Shown here in pieces: positions 40,201 to 55,200 of a stretch of DNA of 64,000 nt. Within the stretch, counting starts at the first letter, position 1. Each line of letters opens with the position of its first letter. A program made the position numbers and the translations under genes. The DNA comes from Eledone cirrhosa (Eukaryota): positions 124,001-188,000 of the forward strand of contig OZ024759.1 of assembly GCA_964016885.1 (NCBI GenBank). The letters are read 5' to 3'. The notes beneath the pieces were generated by a model. It was not told where the DNA came from. It was given only the letters and a program-made list of their open reading frames with translations, and ran no database searches.

Positions 40201-43200
40201 GTCTATATTAGTAACATGACAGTCCATATTAGTAGCATGACAAAGTCTATATTAGTAACATGACAAAGTCTATATTAGTAACATGACACAGTCTATATTA
40301 GTAACATGACACAGTCTATATTAGTAACATGACACAGTCTATATTAGTAACATTACAGACTATATTAGTAACATGACACAGTCTATATTAGTAACATGAC
40401 AAAGTCTATATTAGTAACATAACATAGACTATATTAGTAACATGACAAAGTCTATATTAGTAACATGACAGTCTATATTAGTAACATGACAAAGTCTATA
40501 TTAGCAACATGACACAGTCTATATTAGTAACATGACAAAGTCTCTATTAGTAACATGACAAAGTCTATATTAGTAACATGACAAAGTCTATATTAGTAAC
40601 ATGACAGTCTATATTAGTAACATGACAAAGTCTATATTAGTAACATGACAAAGTCTATATTAGTAACATGACAGTCTATATTAGTAACATGACACAGTCT
40701 ATATTAGTAACATGACACGGTCTATATTAGAAACATGACAAAGTCTATATTAGTAACATGACACAGTCTATATTATTAACATGACAAAGTCTATATTAGT
40801 AACATGACACAGTCTATATTAGTAACATGACATAGTCTATATTAGTAACATGACATAGTCTATATTAGTAGCATGACAAAGTCTATATTAGTAACATGAC
40901 AAAGTCTATATTAGTAACATGACACAGTCTATATTAGTAACATGAGAAAGTCTATATTAGTAACATGACACAGTCTATATTAGTAACATGACAAAGTCTA
41001 TATTAGTAACATGACACAGTCTATATTAGTAACATGACACAGTCTATATTAGTAACATGACAAAGTCTATATTAGTAGCATGACAAAGTCTATATTAGTA
41101 ACATGACAAAGTCTATATTAGTAACATGACACAGTCTATATTAGTAACATGACAAAGTCTATATTAGTAACATGACAGTCTATATTAGTAACATGACAGT
41201 CTATATTAGTAACATGACAAAGTCTATATTAGTAACATGACAAGGTCTATATTAGTAACATGACAAAGTCTATATTAGTAACATGACAAAGTCTATATTA
41301 GTAACATGGCAATGTCTATATTAGTAACATGACAAAGTCTATATTAGTAACATGGCAAAGTCTAAATTAGTAACATGACAAAGTCTATATTAGTAACATG
41401 TCAAGGTCTATATTAGTAACATGACAAAGTCTATATTAGTAACATGACAAAGTCTATATTAGTAGCATGACAAAGTCTATATTAGTAACATGACACAGTC
41501 TATATTAGTAACATGACAAAGTCTATATTAGTAACTTGACACAGTCTATATTAGTAACATGACACAGTCTATATTAGTAACATGACAAAGTCTATATTAG
41601 TAGCATGACAAAGTCTATATTAGTAACATGACACAGTCTATATTAGTAACATGACAAAGTCTATATTAGTAGCATGACAAAGTCTATATTAGTAACATGA
41701 CAAAGTCTATATTAGTAACATGACAAAGTCTATATTAGTAACATGACAGTCTATATTAGTAACATGACAGTCTATATTAGTAGCATGACAAAGTCTATAT
41801 TAGTAACATGACAAGGTCTATATTAGTAACATGACACAGTCTATATTAGTAACATGGCACAGTCTATATTAGTAACATGACAAAGTCTATATTAGTAACA
41901 TGACACAGTCTATAATAGTAGCATGACACAGTCTATATTAGTAGCATGGCACAGTCTATATTAGTAACATGACACTGTCTATATTAGTAACATGACACAG
42001 TCTATATTAGTAACATGACAAAGTCTATATTAGTAACATGATAAAGTCTATATTAGTAACATGATAGTCTATATTAGTAACATGACAAAATCTATATTAG
42101 TAACATGACACAGTCTATATTAGTAACATGACAAAGTCTCTATTAGTAACATGACAAAGTCTATATTAGTAACATGACAGTCTATATTAGTAACATGTCA
42201 AAGTCTCTATTAGTAACATGACAGTCTATATTGTAACATGACACAGTCTATATTAGTAACATGACACAGTCTATATTAGTAACATGACATAGTCTATATT
42301 AGTAACATGACGAATCTATATTAGTAACATGACAGTCTATATTGTAACATGACACAGTCTATATTAGTAACATGACACAGTCTATATTAGTAACATGACA
42401 GTCTATATTAGTAACATGACAAAGTCTATATTAGTAACATGACAAAGTCTATATTAGTAACATGACAAAGTCTATATTAGTAACATGACAAAGTCTATAT
42501 TAGTAGCATGACACAGTCTATATTAGTAACATGACAAAGTCTATATTAGTAACATGACACAGTCTATATTAGTAACATGACAAAGTCTATATTAGCAACA
42601 TGACAAAGTCTATATTAGTAACATGACATAGTCTATATTAGTAACATGACAAAGTCTATATTAGTAGCATGACACAGTCTATATTAGTAACATGACACAG
42701 TCTATATTAGTAACATGACAGTCTATATTAGTAACATGACAAAGTCTATATTAGTAGCATGACAAAGTCTATATTAGTAACATGACACAGTCTATATTAG
42801 TAACATGACAGTCTATATTAGTAACATGACACAGTCTATATTAGTAACATGACAAAGTCTATATTAGTAGCATGACAAAGTCTATATTAGTAACATGACA
42901 GTCTATATTAGTAACATGACAAAGTCTATATTAGTAGCATGACAAAGTCTATATTAGTAGCATGACACAGTCTATATTAGTAACATGACACAGTCTATAT
43001 TAGTAACATGACACAGTCTATATTAGTAACATGACACAGTCTATATTAGTAACATGACAAAGTCTATATTAGTAACATGACAAAGTCTATATTAGTAACA
43101 TGACACAGTCTATATTAGTAACATGACAAAGTCTATATTAGTAACATGACACTGTCTATATTAGTAACTTGACAAAGTCTATATTAGTAACATGACACAG

Positions 43201-46200
43201 TCTATATTAGTAACATGACACAGTCTATATTAGTAACATGACAAAGTCTATATTAGTAGCATGACAAAGTCTATATTAGTAACATGACAAAGTCTATATT
43301 AGTAAGATGACAAAGTCTATATTAGTAACATGACAAAGTCTATATTAGTAACATGACACTGTCTATATTAGTAACATGACACAGTCTATATTAGTAACAT
43401 GACACAGTCTATATTAGTAACATGACAAAGTCTATATTAGTAACATGACAAAGTCTATATTAGTAACATGACAAGGTCTATATTAGTAACATGACACAGT
43501 CTATATTAGTAACATGACAAAGTCTATATTAGTAACATGACAGTCTATATTAGTAACATGACAAAGTCTATATTAGTAACATGACAAAGTCTATATTAGT
43601 AACATGACAGTGTATATTAGTAACATGACACAGTCTATATTAGTAACATGACACAGTCTATATTAGTAACATGACAAAGTCTATATTAGTAACATGACAC
43701 AGTCTATATTATTAACATGACAAAGTCTATATTAGTAACATGACACAGTCTATATTAGTAACATGACATAGTCTATATTAGTAACATGACATAGTCTATA
43801 TTAGTAGCATGACAAAGTCTATATTAGTAACATGACAAAGTCTATATTAGTAACATGACACAGTCTATATTAGTAACATGAGAAAGTCTATATTAGTAAC
43901 ATGACACAGTCTATATTAGTAACATGACAAAGTCTATATTAGTAACATGACACAGTCTATATTAGTAACATGACACAGTCTATATTAGTAACATGACAAA
44001 GTCTATATTAGTAGCATGACAAAGTCTATATTAGTAACATGACAAAGTCTATATTAGTAACATGACACAGTCTATATTAGTAACATGACAAAGTCTATAT
44101 TAGTAACATGACAGTCTATATTAGTAACATGACAGTCTATATTATTAGCATGACAAAGTCTATATTAGTAACATGACACAGTCTATATTAGTAACATGAC
44201 ACAGTCTATATTAGTAACATGACAAAGTCTATATTAGTAGCATGACAAAGTCTATATTAGTAACATGACACAGTCTATATTAGTAACATGACAAAGTCTA
44301 TATTAGTAGCATGACACAGTCTATATTAGTAACATGACAAAGTCTATATTAGTAACATGACAAAGTCTATATTAGTAACATGACAGTCTATATTAGTAAC
44401 ATGACAGTCCATATTAGTAACATGACAAAGTCTATATTAGTAACATGACACAGTCTATATTAGTAACATGACAATGTCTCTATTAGTAACATGACAAAGT
44501 CTATATTAGTAACATGACACAGTCTATATTAGTAACATGACAAGGTCTATATTAGTAACATGACAAGGTCTATATTAGTAACATGACAAAGTCTATATTA
44601 GTAACATGACAAGGTCTATATTAGTAACATGACACAGTCTATATTAGTAACATGACAAAGTGTATATTAGTAACATGACAGTCTATATTAGTAACATGAC
44701 ACAGTCTATATTAGTAACATGACAAAGTCTATATTAGTAACATGACATAGACTATATTAGTAACATGACAAAGTCTATATTAGTAACATGACAGTCTATA
44801 TTAGTAACATGACAAAGTCTATATTAGTAACATGAAACAGTCTATATTAGTAACATGACAATGTCTCTATTAGTAACATGACAATGTATATATTAGTAAC
44901 ATGACAGTCTATATTAGTAACATGACAAAGACTCTATTAGTAACATGACAAAGTCTATATTAGTAACATGACAGTCTATATTAGTAACATGACAAAGTCT
45001 ATATAAGTAACATGACAGTCTATATTGTAACATGACACAGTCTATATTAGTAACATGACACAGTCTATATTAGTAACATGACAGTCTATATTAGTAACAT
45101 GACAAAGTCTATATTAGTAACATGACAAAGTCTATATTAGTAACATGACAAAGTCTATATTAGTAACATGACAAAGTCGATATTAGTAGCATGACACAGT
45201 CTATATTAGTAACATGACAAAGTCTATATTAGTAACATGACACAGGCTATATTAGTAACATGACAAAGTCTATATTAGTAACATGACAAAGTCTATATTA
45301 GTAACATGACATAGTCTATATTAATAACATGACAAATTCTATATTAGTAGCATGACACAGTCTATATTAGTAACATGACACAGTCTATATTAGTAACATG
45401 ACAGTCTATATTAGTAACATGACAAAGTCTATATTAGTAGCATGACAAAGTCTATATTAGTAACATGACACAGTCTATACTAGTAACATGACAGTCTATA
45501 TTAGTAACATGACACAGTCTATATGAGTAACATGACAAAGTCTATATTAGTAGCATGACAAAGTCTATATTAGTAACATGACAAAGTCTATATTAGTAGC
45601 ATGACAAAGTCTATATTAGTAACATGACAAAGTCTATATTAGTAACATGACACAGTCTATATTAGTAACATGACAAAGTCTATATTAGTAACATGACAGT
45701 CTATATTAGTAACATGACAGTCTATATTAGTAGCATGACAAAGTCTATATTAGTAACATGACACAGTCTATATTAGTAACATGACACAGTCTATATTAGT
45801 AACATGACAAAGTCTATATTAGTAGCATGACAAAGTCTATATTAGTAACATGACACAGTCTATATTAGTAACATGACAAAGTCTTTTTTAGTAGCATGAC
45901 AAAGCCTATATTAGTAACATGACAAAGTCTATATTAGTAACATGACAAAGTCTATATTAGTAACATGACAGTCTATATTAGTAACATGACAGTCCATATT
46001 AGTAACATGACAAAGTCTATATTAGTAACATGACACAGTCTATATTAGTAACATGACAATGTCTCTATTAGTAACATGACAAAGTCTATATTAGTAACGT
46101 GACACAGTCTATATTAGTAACATGACAAAGTCTATATTAGTAACATGGCAAAGTTTATATTAGTAACATGACAAAGTCTATATTAGTAACATGACAAGGT

Positions 46201-49200
46201 CTATATTAGTAACATGACACAGTCTATATTAGTAACATGACAGTCTATATTAGTAACATGACACAGTCTATATTAGTAACATGACAAAGTCTATATTAGT
46301 AACATGACATAGACTATATTAGTAACATGACAAAGTCTATATTAGTAACATGACAGTCTATATTAGTAACATGACAAAGTCTATATTAGTAACATGACAC
46401 AGTCTATATTAGTAACATGACAAAGTCTCTATTAGTAACATGACAATGTATATATTAGTAACATGACAGTCTATATTAGTAACATGACAAAGACTCTATT
46501 AGTAACATGACAAAGTCTATATTAGTAACATGACAGTCTATATTAGTAACATGACAAAGTCTATATCAGTAACATGACAGTCTATATTGTAACATGACAC
46601 AGTCTATATTTGTAACATGACACAGTCTATATTAGTAACATGACAAAGTCTATATTAGTAACATGACAGTCTATATTAGTAACATGACAAAGTCTATATT
46701 AGTAACATGACAAAGTCTATATTAGTAACATGACAAAGTCTATATTAGTAACATTACAGACTATATTAGTAACATGACACAGTCTATATTAGTAACATGA
46801 CAAAGTCTATATTAGTAGCATGACAAAGTCTATATTAGTAACATGACATAGACTATATTAGTAACATGACAAAGTCTATATTAGTAACATGACAGTCTAT
46901 ATTAGTAACATGACAAAGTCTATATTAGCAACATGACACAGTCTATATTAGTAACATGACAAAGTCTCTATTAGTAACATGACAAAGTCTATATTAGTAA
47001 CATGACAAAGTCTATATTAGTAACATGACAGTCTATATTAGTAACATGACAAAGTCTATATTAGTAACATGACAAAGTCTATATTAGTAACATGACAGTC
47101 TATATTAGTAACATGACACAGTCTATATTAGTAACATGACACGGTCTATATTCGTAACATGACAAAGTCTATATTAGTAACATGAAACAGTCTATATTAT
47201 TAACATGACAAAGTCTATATTAGTAACATGACACAGTCTATATTAGTAACATGACATAGTCTATATTAGTAACATGACATAGTCTATATTAGTAGCATGA
47301 CAAAGTCTATATTAGTAACATGACAAAGTCTATATTAGTAACATGACACAGTCTATATTAGTAACATGAGAAAGTCTATATTAGTAACATGACACAGTCT
47401 ATATTAGTAACATGACAAAGTCTATATTAGTAACATGACACAGTCTATATTAGTAACATGACACAGTCTATATTAGTAACATGACAAAGTCTATATTAGT
47501 AGCGTGACAAAGTCTATATTAGTAACATGACAAAGTCTATATTAGTAACATGACACAGTCTATATTAGTAACATGACAATGTTTATATTAGTAACATGAC
47601 AGTCTATATTAGTAACATGACAGTCTATATTTATTAACATGACAAAGTCTATATTAGTAACATGACAAGGTCTATATTAGTAACATGACAAAGTCTATAT
47701 TAGTAACATGACAAAGTCTATATTAGTAACATGGCAATGTCTATATTAGTAACATGACAAAGTCTATATTAGTAACATGCCAAAGTCTAAATTAGTAACA
47801 TGACAAAGTCTATATTAGTAACATGTCAAGGTCTATATTAGTAACATGACAAAGTCTATATTAGTAACATGACAAAGTCTATATTAGTAACATGACAGTC
47901 TATATTAGTAACATGACAAAGTCTATATTAGTAACATGACACAGTCTATATTAGTAGCATGACAAAGTCTATATTAGTAACATGACACAGTCTATATTAG
48001 TAACATGACAAAGTCTATATTAGTAACATGACAGTCTATATTAGTAACATGACAGTCTATGTTAGTAGCATGACAAAGTCTATATTAGTAACATGACACA
48101 GTCTATATTAGTAACATGACAGTCTATATTAGTAACATGACAAAGTCTATATTAGTAGCATGACAAAGTCTATATTAGTAACATGACACAGTCTATATTA
48201 GTAACATGACAAAGTCTATATTAGTAGCATGACAAAGTCTATATTAGTAACATGACAAAGTCTATATTAGTAACATGACAAAGTCTATATTAGTAACATG
48301 ACAGTCTATATTAGTAACATGACAGTCCATATTAGTAGCATGACAAAGTCTATATTAGTAACATGACAAAGTCTATATTAGTAACATGACACAGTCTATA
48401 TTAGTAACATGACACAGTCTATATTAGTAACATGACACAGTCTATATTAGTAACATGACAAAGTCTATATTAGTAACATGACAGTCTATATTAGTAGCAT
48501 GACAAAGTCTATATTAGTAACATGACAAAGTCTATATTAGTAACATGACAAAGTCTATATTAGTAACATGACAGTCTATATTAGTAGCATGACAAAGTCT
48601 ATATTAGTAACATGACAAAGTCTATATTAGTAACATGACAAAGTCTATATTAGTAACATGACAGTCTATATTAGTAACATGACAGTCCATATTAGTAGCA
48701 TGACAAAGTCTATATTAGTAACATGACAAAGTCTATATTAGTAACATGACACAGTCTATATTAGTAACATGACACAGTCTATATTAGTAACATGACACAG
48801 TCTATATTAGTAACATTACAGACTATATTAGTAACATGACACAGTCTATATTAGTAACATGACAAAGTCTATATTAGTAACATAACATAGACTATATTAG
48901 TAACATGACAAAGTCTATATTAGTAACATGACAGTCTATATTAGTAACATGACAAAGTCTATATTAGCAACATGACACAGTCTATATTAGTAACATGACA
49001 AAGTCTCTATTAGTAACATGACAAAGTCTATATTAGTAACATGACAAAGTCTATATTAGTAACATGACAGTCTATATTAGTAACATGACAAAGTCTATAT
49101 TAGTAACATGACAAAGTCTATATTAGTAACATGACAGTCTATATTAGTAACATGACACAGTCTATATTAGTAACATGACACGGTCTATATTAGAAACATG

Positions 49201-52200
49201 ACAAAGTCTATATTAGTAACATGACACAGTCTATATTATTAACATGACAAAGTCTATATTAGTAACATGACACAGTCTATATTAGTAACATGACATAGTC
49301 TATATTAGTAACATGACATAGTCTATATTAGTAGCATGACAAAGTCTATATTAGTAACATGACAAAGTCTATATTAGTAACATGACACAGTCTATATTAG
49401 TAACATGAGAAAGTCTATATTAGTAACATGACACAGTCTATATTAGTAACATGACAAAGTCTATATTAGTAACATGACACAGTCTATATTAGTAACATGA
49501 CACAGTCTATATTAGTAACATGACAAAGTCTATATTAGTAGCATGACAAAGTCTATATTAGTAACATGACAAAGTCTATATTAGTAACATGACACAGTCT
49601 ATATTAGTAACATGACAAAGTCTATATTAGTAACATGACAGTCTATATTAGTAACATGACAGTCTATATTAGTAACATGACAAAGTCTATATTAGTAACA
49701 TGACAAGGTCTATATTAGTAACATGACAAAGTCTATATTAGTAACATGACAAAGTCTATATTAGTAACATGGCAATGTCTATATTAGTAACATGACAAAG
49801 TCTATATTAGTAACATGGCAAAGTCTAAATTAGTAACATGACAAAGTCTATATTAGTAACATGTCAAGGTCTATATTAGTAACATGACAAAGTCTATATT
49901 AGTAACATGACAAAGTCTATATTAGTAACATGACAGTCTATATTAGTAACATGACAAAGTCTATATTAGTAACATGACACAGTCTATATTAGTAGCATGA
50001 CAAAGTCTATATTAGTAACATGACACAGTCTATATTAGTAACATGACAAAGTCTATATTAGTAACATGACAGTCTATATTAGTAACATGATAGTCTATAT
50101 TAGTAGCATGACAAAGTCTATATTAGTAACATGACACAGTCTATATTAGTAACATGACAGTCTATATTAGTAACATGACAAAGTCTATATTAGTAGCATG
50201 ACAAAGTCTATATTAGTAACATGACACAGTCTATATTAGTAACATGACAAAGTCTATATTAGTAGCATGACAAAGTCTATATTAGTAACATGACAAAGTC
50301 TATATTAGTAACATGACAAAGTCTATATTAGTAACATGACAGTCTATATTAGTAACATGACAGTCCATATTAGTAGCATGACAAAGTCTATATTAGTAAC
50401 ATGACAAAGTCTATATTAGTAACATGACACAGTCTATATTAGTAACATGACAAAGTCTATATTAGTAACATGACAGTCTATATTAGTAACATGACAAAGT
50501 CTATATTAGTAACATGACAGTCTATATTGTAACATGACACAGTCTATATTTGTAACATGACACAGTCTATATTAGTAACATGACAAAGTCTATATTAGTA
50601 ACATGACAGTCTATATTAGTAACATGACAAAGTCTATATTAGTAACATGACAAAGTCTATATTAGTAACATGACAAAGTCTATATTAGTAACATTACAGA
50701 CTATATTAGTAACATGACACAGTCTATATTAGTAACATGACAAAGTCTATATTAGTAACATGACATAGACTATATTAGTAACATGACAAAGTCTATATTA
50801 GTAACATGACAGTCTATATTAGTAACATGACAAAGTCTATATTAGCAACATGACACAGTCTATATTAGTAACATGACAAAGTCTCTATTAGTAACATGAC
50901 AAAGTCTATATTAGTAACATGACAAAGTCTATATTAGTTACATGACAGTCTATATTAGTAACATGAAAAAGTCTATATTAGTAACATGACAAAGTCTATA
51001 TTAGTAACATGACAGTCTATATTAGTAACATGACACAGTCTATATTAGTAACATGACACGGTCTATATTAGTAACATGACAAAGTCTATATTAGTAACAT
51101 GACACAGTCTATATTATTAACATGACAAAGTCTATATTAGTAACATGACACAGTCTATATTAGTAACATGACATAGTCTATATTAGTAACATGACATAGT
51201 CTATATTAGTAGCATGACAAAGTCTATATTAGTAACATGACAAAGTCTATATTAGTAACATGACACAGTCTATATTAGTAACATGACAAAGTCTATATTA
51301 GTAACATGACACAGTCTATATTAGTAATATGACAAAGTCTATATTAGTAACATGACACAGTCTATATTAGTAACATGACACAGTCTATATTAGTAACATG
51401 ACAAAGTCTATATTAGTAGCATGACAAAGTCTATATTAGTAAGATGACAAAGTCTATATTAGTAACATGACACAGTCTATATTGGTAACATGACAAAGTC
51501 TATATTAGTAACATGACAGTCTATATTAGAAACATGACAGTCTATATTAGTAACATGACAAAGTCTATATTAGTAACATGACAAGGTCTATATTAGTAAC
51601 ATGACAAAGTCTATATTAGTAACATGACAAAGTCTATATTAGTAACATGGCAATGTCTATATTAGTAACATGACAAAGTCTATATTAGTAACATGGCAAA
51701 GTCTAAATTAGTAACATGACAAAGTCTATATTAGTAACATGTCAAGGTCTATATTAGTAACATGACAAAGTCTATATTAGTAACATGACAAAGTCTATAT
51801 TAGTAACATGACAGTCTATATTAGTAACATGACAAAGTCTATATTAGTAACATGACACAGTCTATATTAGTAGCATGACAAAGTCTATATTAGTAACATG
51901 ACACAGTCTATATTAGTAACATGACAAAGTCTATATTAGTAACATGACAGTCTATATTAGTAACATGACAGTCTATATTAGTAGCATGACAAAGTCTATA
52001 TTAGTAACATGACACAGTCTATATTAGTAACATGACAGTCTATATTAGTAACATGACAAAGTCTATATTAGTAGCATGACAAAGTCTATATTAGTAACAT
52101 GACACAGTCTATATTAGTAACATGACAAAGCCTATATTAGTAGCATGACAAAGTCTATATTAGTAACATGACAAAGTCTATATTAGTAACATCACAAAGT

Positions 52201-55200
52201 CTATATTAGTAACATGACAGTCTATATTAGTAACATGACAGTCCATATTAGTAGCATGACAAAGTCTATATTAGTAACATGACAAAGTCTATATTAGTAA
52301 CATGACACAGTCTATATTAGTAACATGACACAGTCTATATTAGTAACATGACACAGTCTATATTAGTAACATGACAAAGTCTATATTAGTAACATGACAG
52401 TCTATATTAGTAACATGACAAAGTCTATATTAGTAACATGACAAAGTCTATATTAGTAACATGACAAAGTCTATATTAGTAACATTACAGACTATATTAG
52501 TAACATGACACAGTCTATATTAGTAACATGACAAAGTCTATATTAGTAACATGACATAGACTATATTAGTAACATGACAAAGTCTATATTAGTAACATGA
52601 CAGTCTATATTAGTAACATGACAAAGTCTATATTAGCAACATGACACAGTCTATATTAGTAACATGACAAAGTCTCTATTAGTAACATGACAAAGTCTAT
52701 ATTAGTAACATGACAAAGTCTATATTAGTAACATGACTGTCTATATTAGTAACATGACAAAGTCTATATTAGTAACATGACAAAGTCTATATTAGTAACA
52801 TGACAGTCTATATTAGTAACATGACACAGTCTATATTAGTAACATGACACGGTCTATGTTAGTAACATGACAAAGTCTATATTAGTAACATGACACAGTC
52901 TATATTATTAACATGACAAAGTCTATATTAGTAACATGACACAGTCTATATTAGTAACATGACATAGTCTATATTAGTAACATGACATAGTCTATATTAG
53001 TAGCATGACAGTCCATATTAGTAGCATGACAAAGTCTATATTAGTAACATGACAAAGTCTATATTAGTAACATGACACAGTCTATATTAGTAACATGACA
53101 GTCTATATTAGTAACATGACACAGTCTATATTAGTAACATGACACGGTCTATATTCGTAACATGACAAAGTCTATATTAGTAACATGACACAGTCTATAT
53201 TATTAACATGACAAAGTCTATATTAGTAACATGACACAGTCTATATTAGTAACATGACACAGTCTATATTAGTAACATGAGAAAGTCTATATTAGTAACA
53301 TGACACAGTCTATATTAGTAACATGACAAAGTCTATATTAGTAACATGACACAGTCTATATTAGTAACATGACACAGTCTATATTAGTAACATGACAAAG
53401 TCTATATTAGTAGCATGACAAAGTCTATATTAGTAACATGACAAAGTCTATATTAGTAACATGACATAGACTATATTAGTAACATGACAAAGTCTATATT
53501 AGTAACATGACAGTCTATATTAGTAACATGACAAAGTCTATATTAGCAACATGACACAGTCTATATTAGTAACATGACAAAGTCTCTATTAGTAACATGA
53601 CAAAGTCTATATTAGTAACATGACAAAGTCTATATTAGTAACATGACAGTCTATATTAGTAACATGACAAAGTCTATATTAGTAACATGACAAAGTCTCT
53701 ATTAGTAACATGACAATGTATATATTAGTAACATGACAGTCTATATTAGTAACATGACAAAGACTCTATTAGTAACATGACAAAGTCTATATTAGTAACA
53801 TGACAGTCTATATTAGTAACATGACAAAGTCTATATCAGTAACATGACAGTCTATATTGTAACATGACACAGTCTATATTTGTAACATGACACAGTCTAT
53901 ATTAGTAACATGACAAAGTCTATATTAGTAACATGACAGTCTATATTAGTAACATGACAAAGTCTATATTAGTAACATGACAAAGTCTATATTAGTAACA
54001 TGACAAAGTCTATATTAGTAACATTACAGACTATATTAGTAACATGACACAGTCTATATTAGTAACATGACAAAGTCTATATTAGTAGCATGACAAAGTC
54101 TATATTAGTAACATGACATAGACTATATTAGTAACATGACAAAGTCTATATTAGTAACATGACAGTCTATATTAGTAACATGACAAAGTCTATATTAGCA
54201 ACATGACACAGTCTATATTAGTAACATGACAAAGTCTCTATTAGTAACATGACAAAGTCTATATTAGTAACATGACAAAGTCTATATTAGTAACATGACA
54301 GTCTATATTAGTAACATGACAAAGTCTATATTAGTAACATGACAAAGTCTATATTAGTAACATGACAGTCTATATTAGTAACATGACACAGTCTATATTA
54401 GTAACATGACACGGTCTATATTCGTAACATGACAAAGTCTATATTAGTAACATGACACAGTCTATATTATTAACATGACAAAGTCTATATTAGTAACATG
54501 ACACAGTCTATATTAGTAACATGACATAGTCTATATTAGTAACATGACATAGTCTATATTAGTAGCATGACAAAGTCTATATTAGTAACATGACAAAGTC
54601 TATATTAGTAACATGACACAGTCTATATTAGTAACATGAGAAAGTCTATATTAGTAACATGACACAGTCTATATTAGTAACATGACAAAGTCTATATTAG
54701 TAACATGACACAGTCTATATTAGTAACATGACACAGTCTATATTAGTAACATGACAAAGTCTATATTAGTAGCATGACAAAGTCTATATTAGTAACATGA
54801 CAAAGTCTATATTAGTAACATGACACAGTCTATATTAGTAACATGACAAAGTCTATATTAGTAACATGACAGTCTATATTAGTAACATGACAGTCTATAT
54901 TTATTAACATGACAAAGTCTATATTAGTAACATGACAAGGTCTATATTAGTAACATGACAAAGTCTATATTAGTAACATGACAAAGTCTATATTAGTAAC
55001 ATGGCAATGTCTATATTAGTAACATGACAAAGTCTATATTAGTAACATGGCAAAGTCTAAATTAGTAACATGACAAAGTCTATATTAGTAACATGTCAAG
55101 GTCTATATTAGTAACATGACAAAGTCTATATTAGTAACATGACAAAGTCTATATTAGTAACATGACAGTCTATATTAGTAACATGACAAAGTCTATATTA

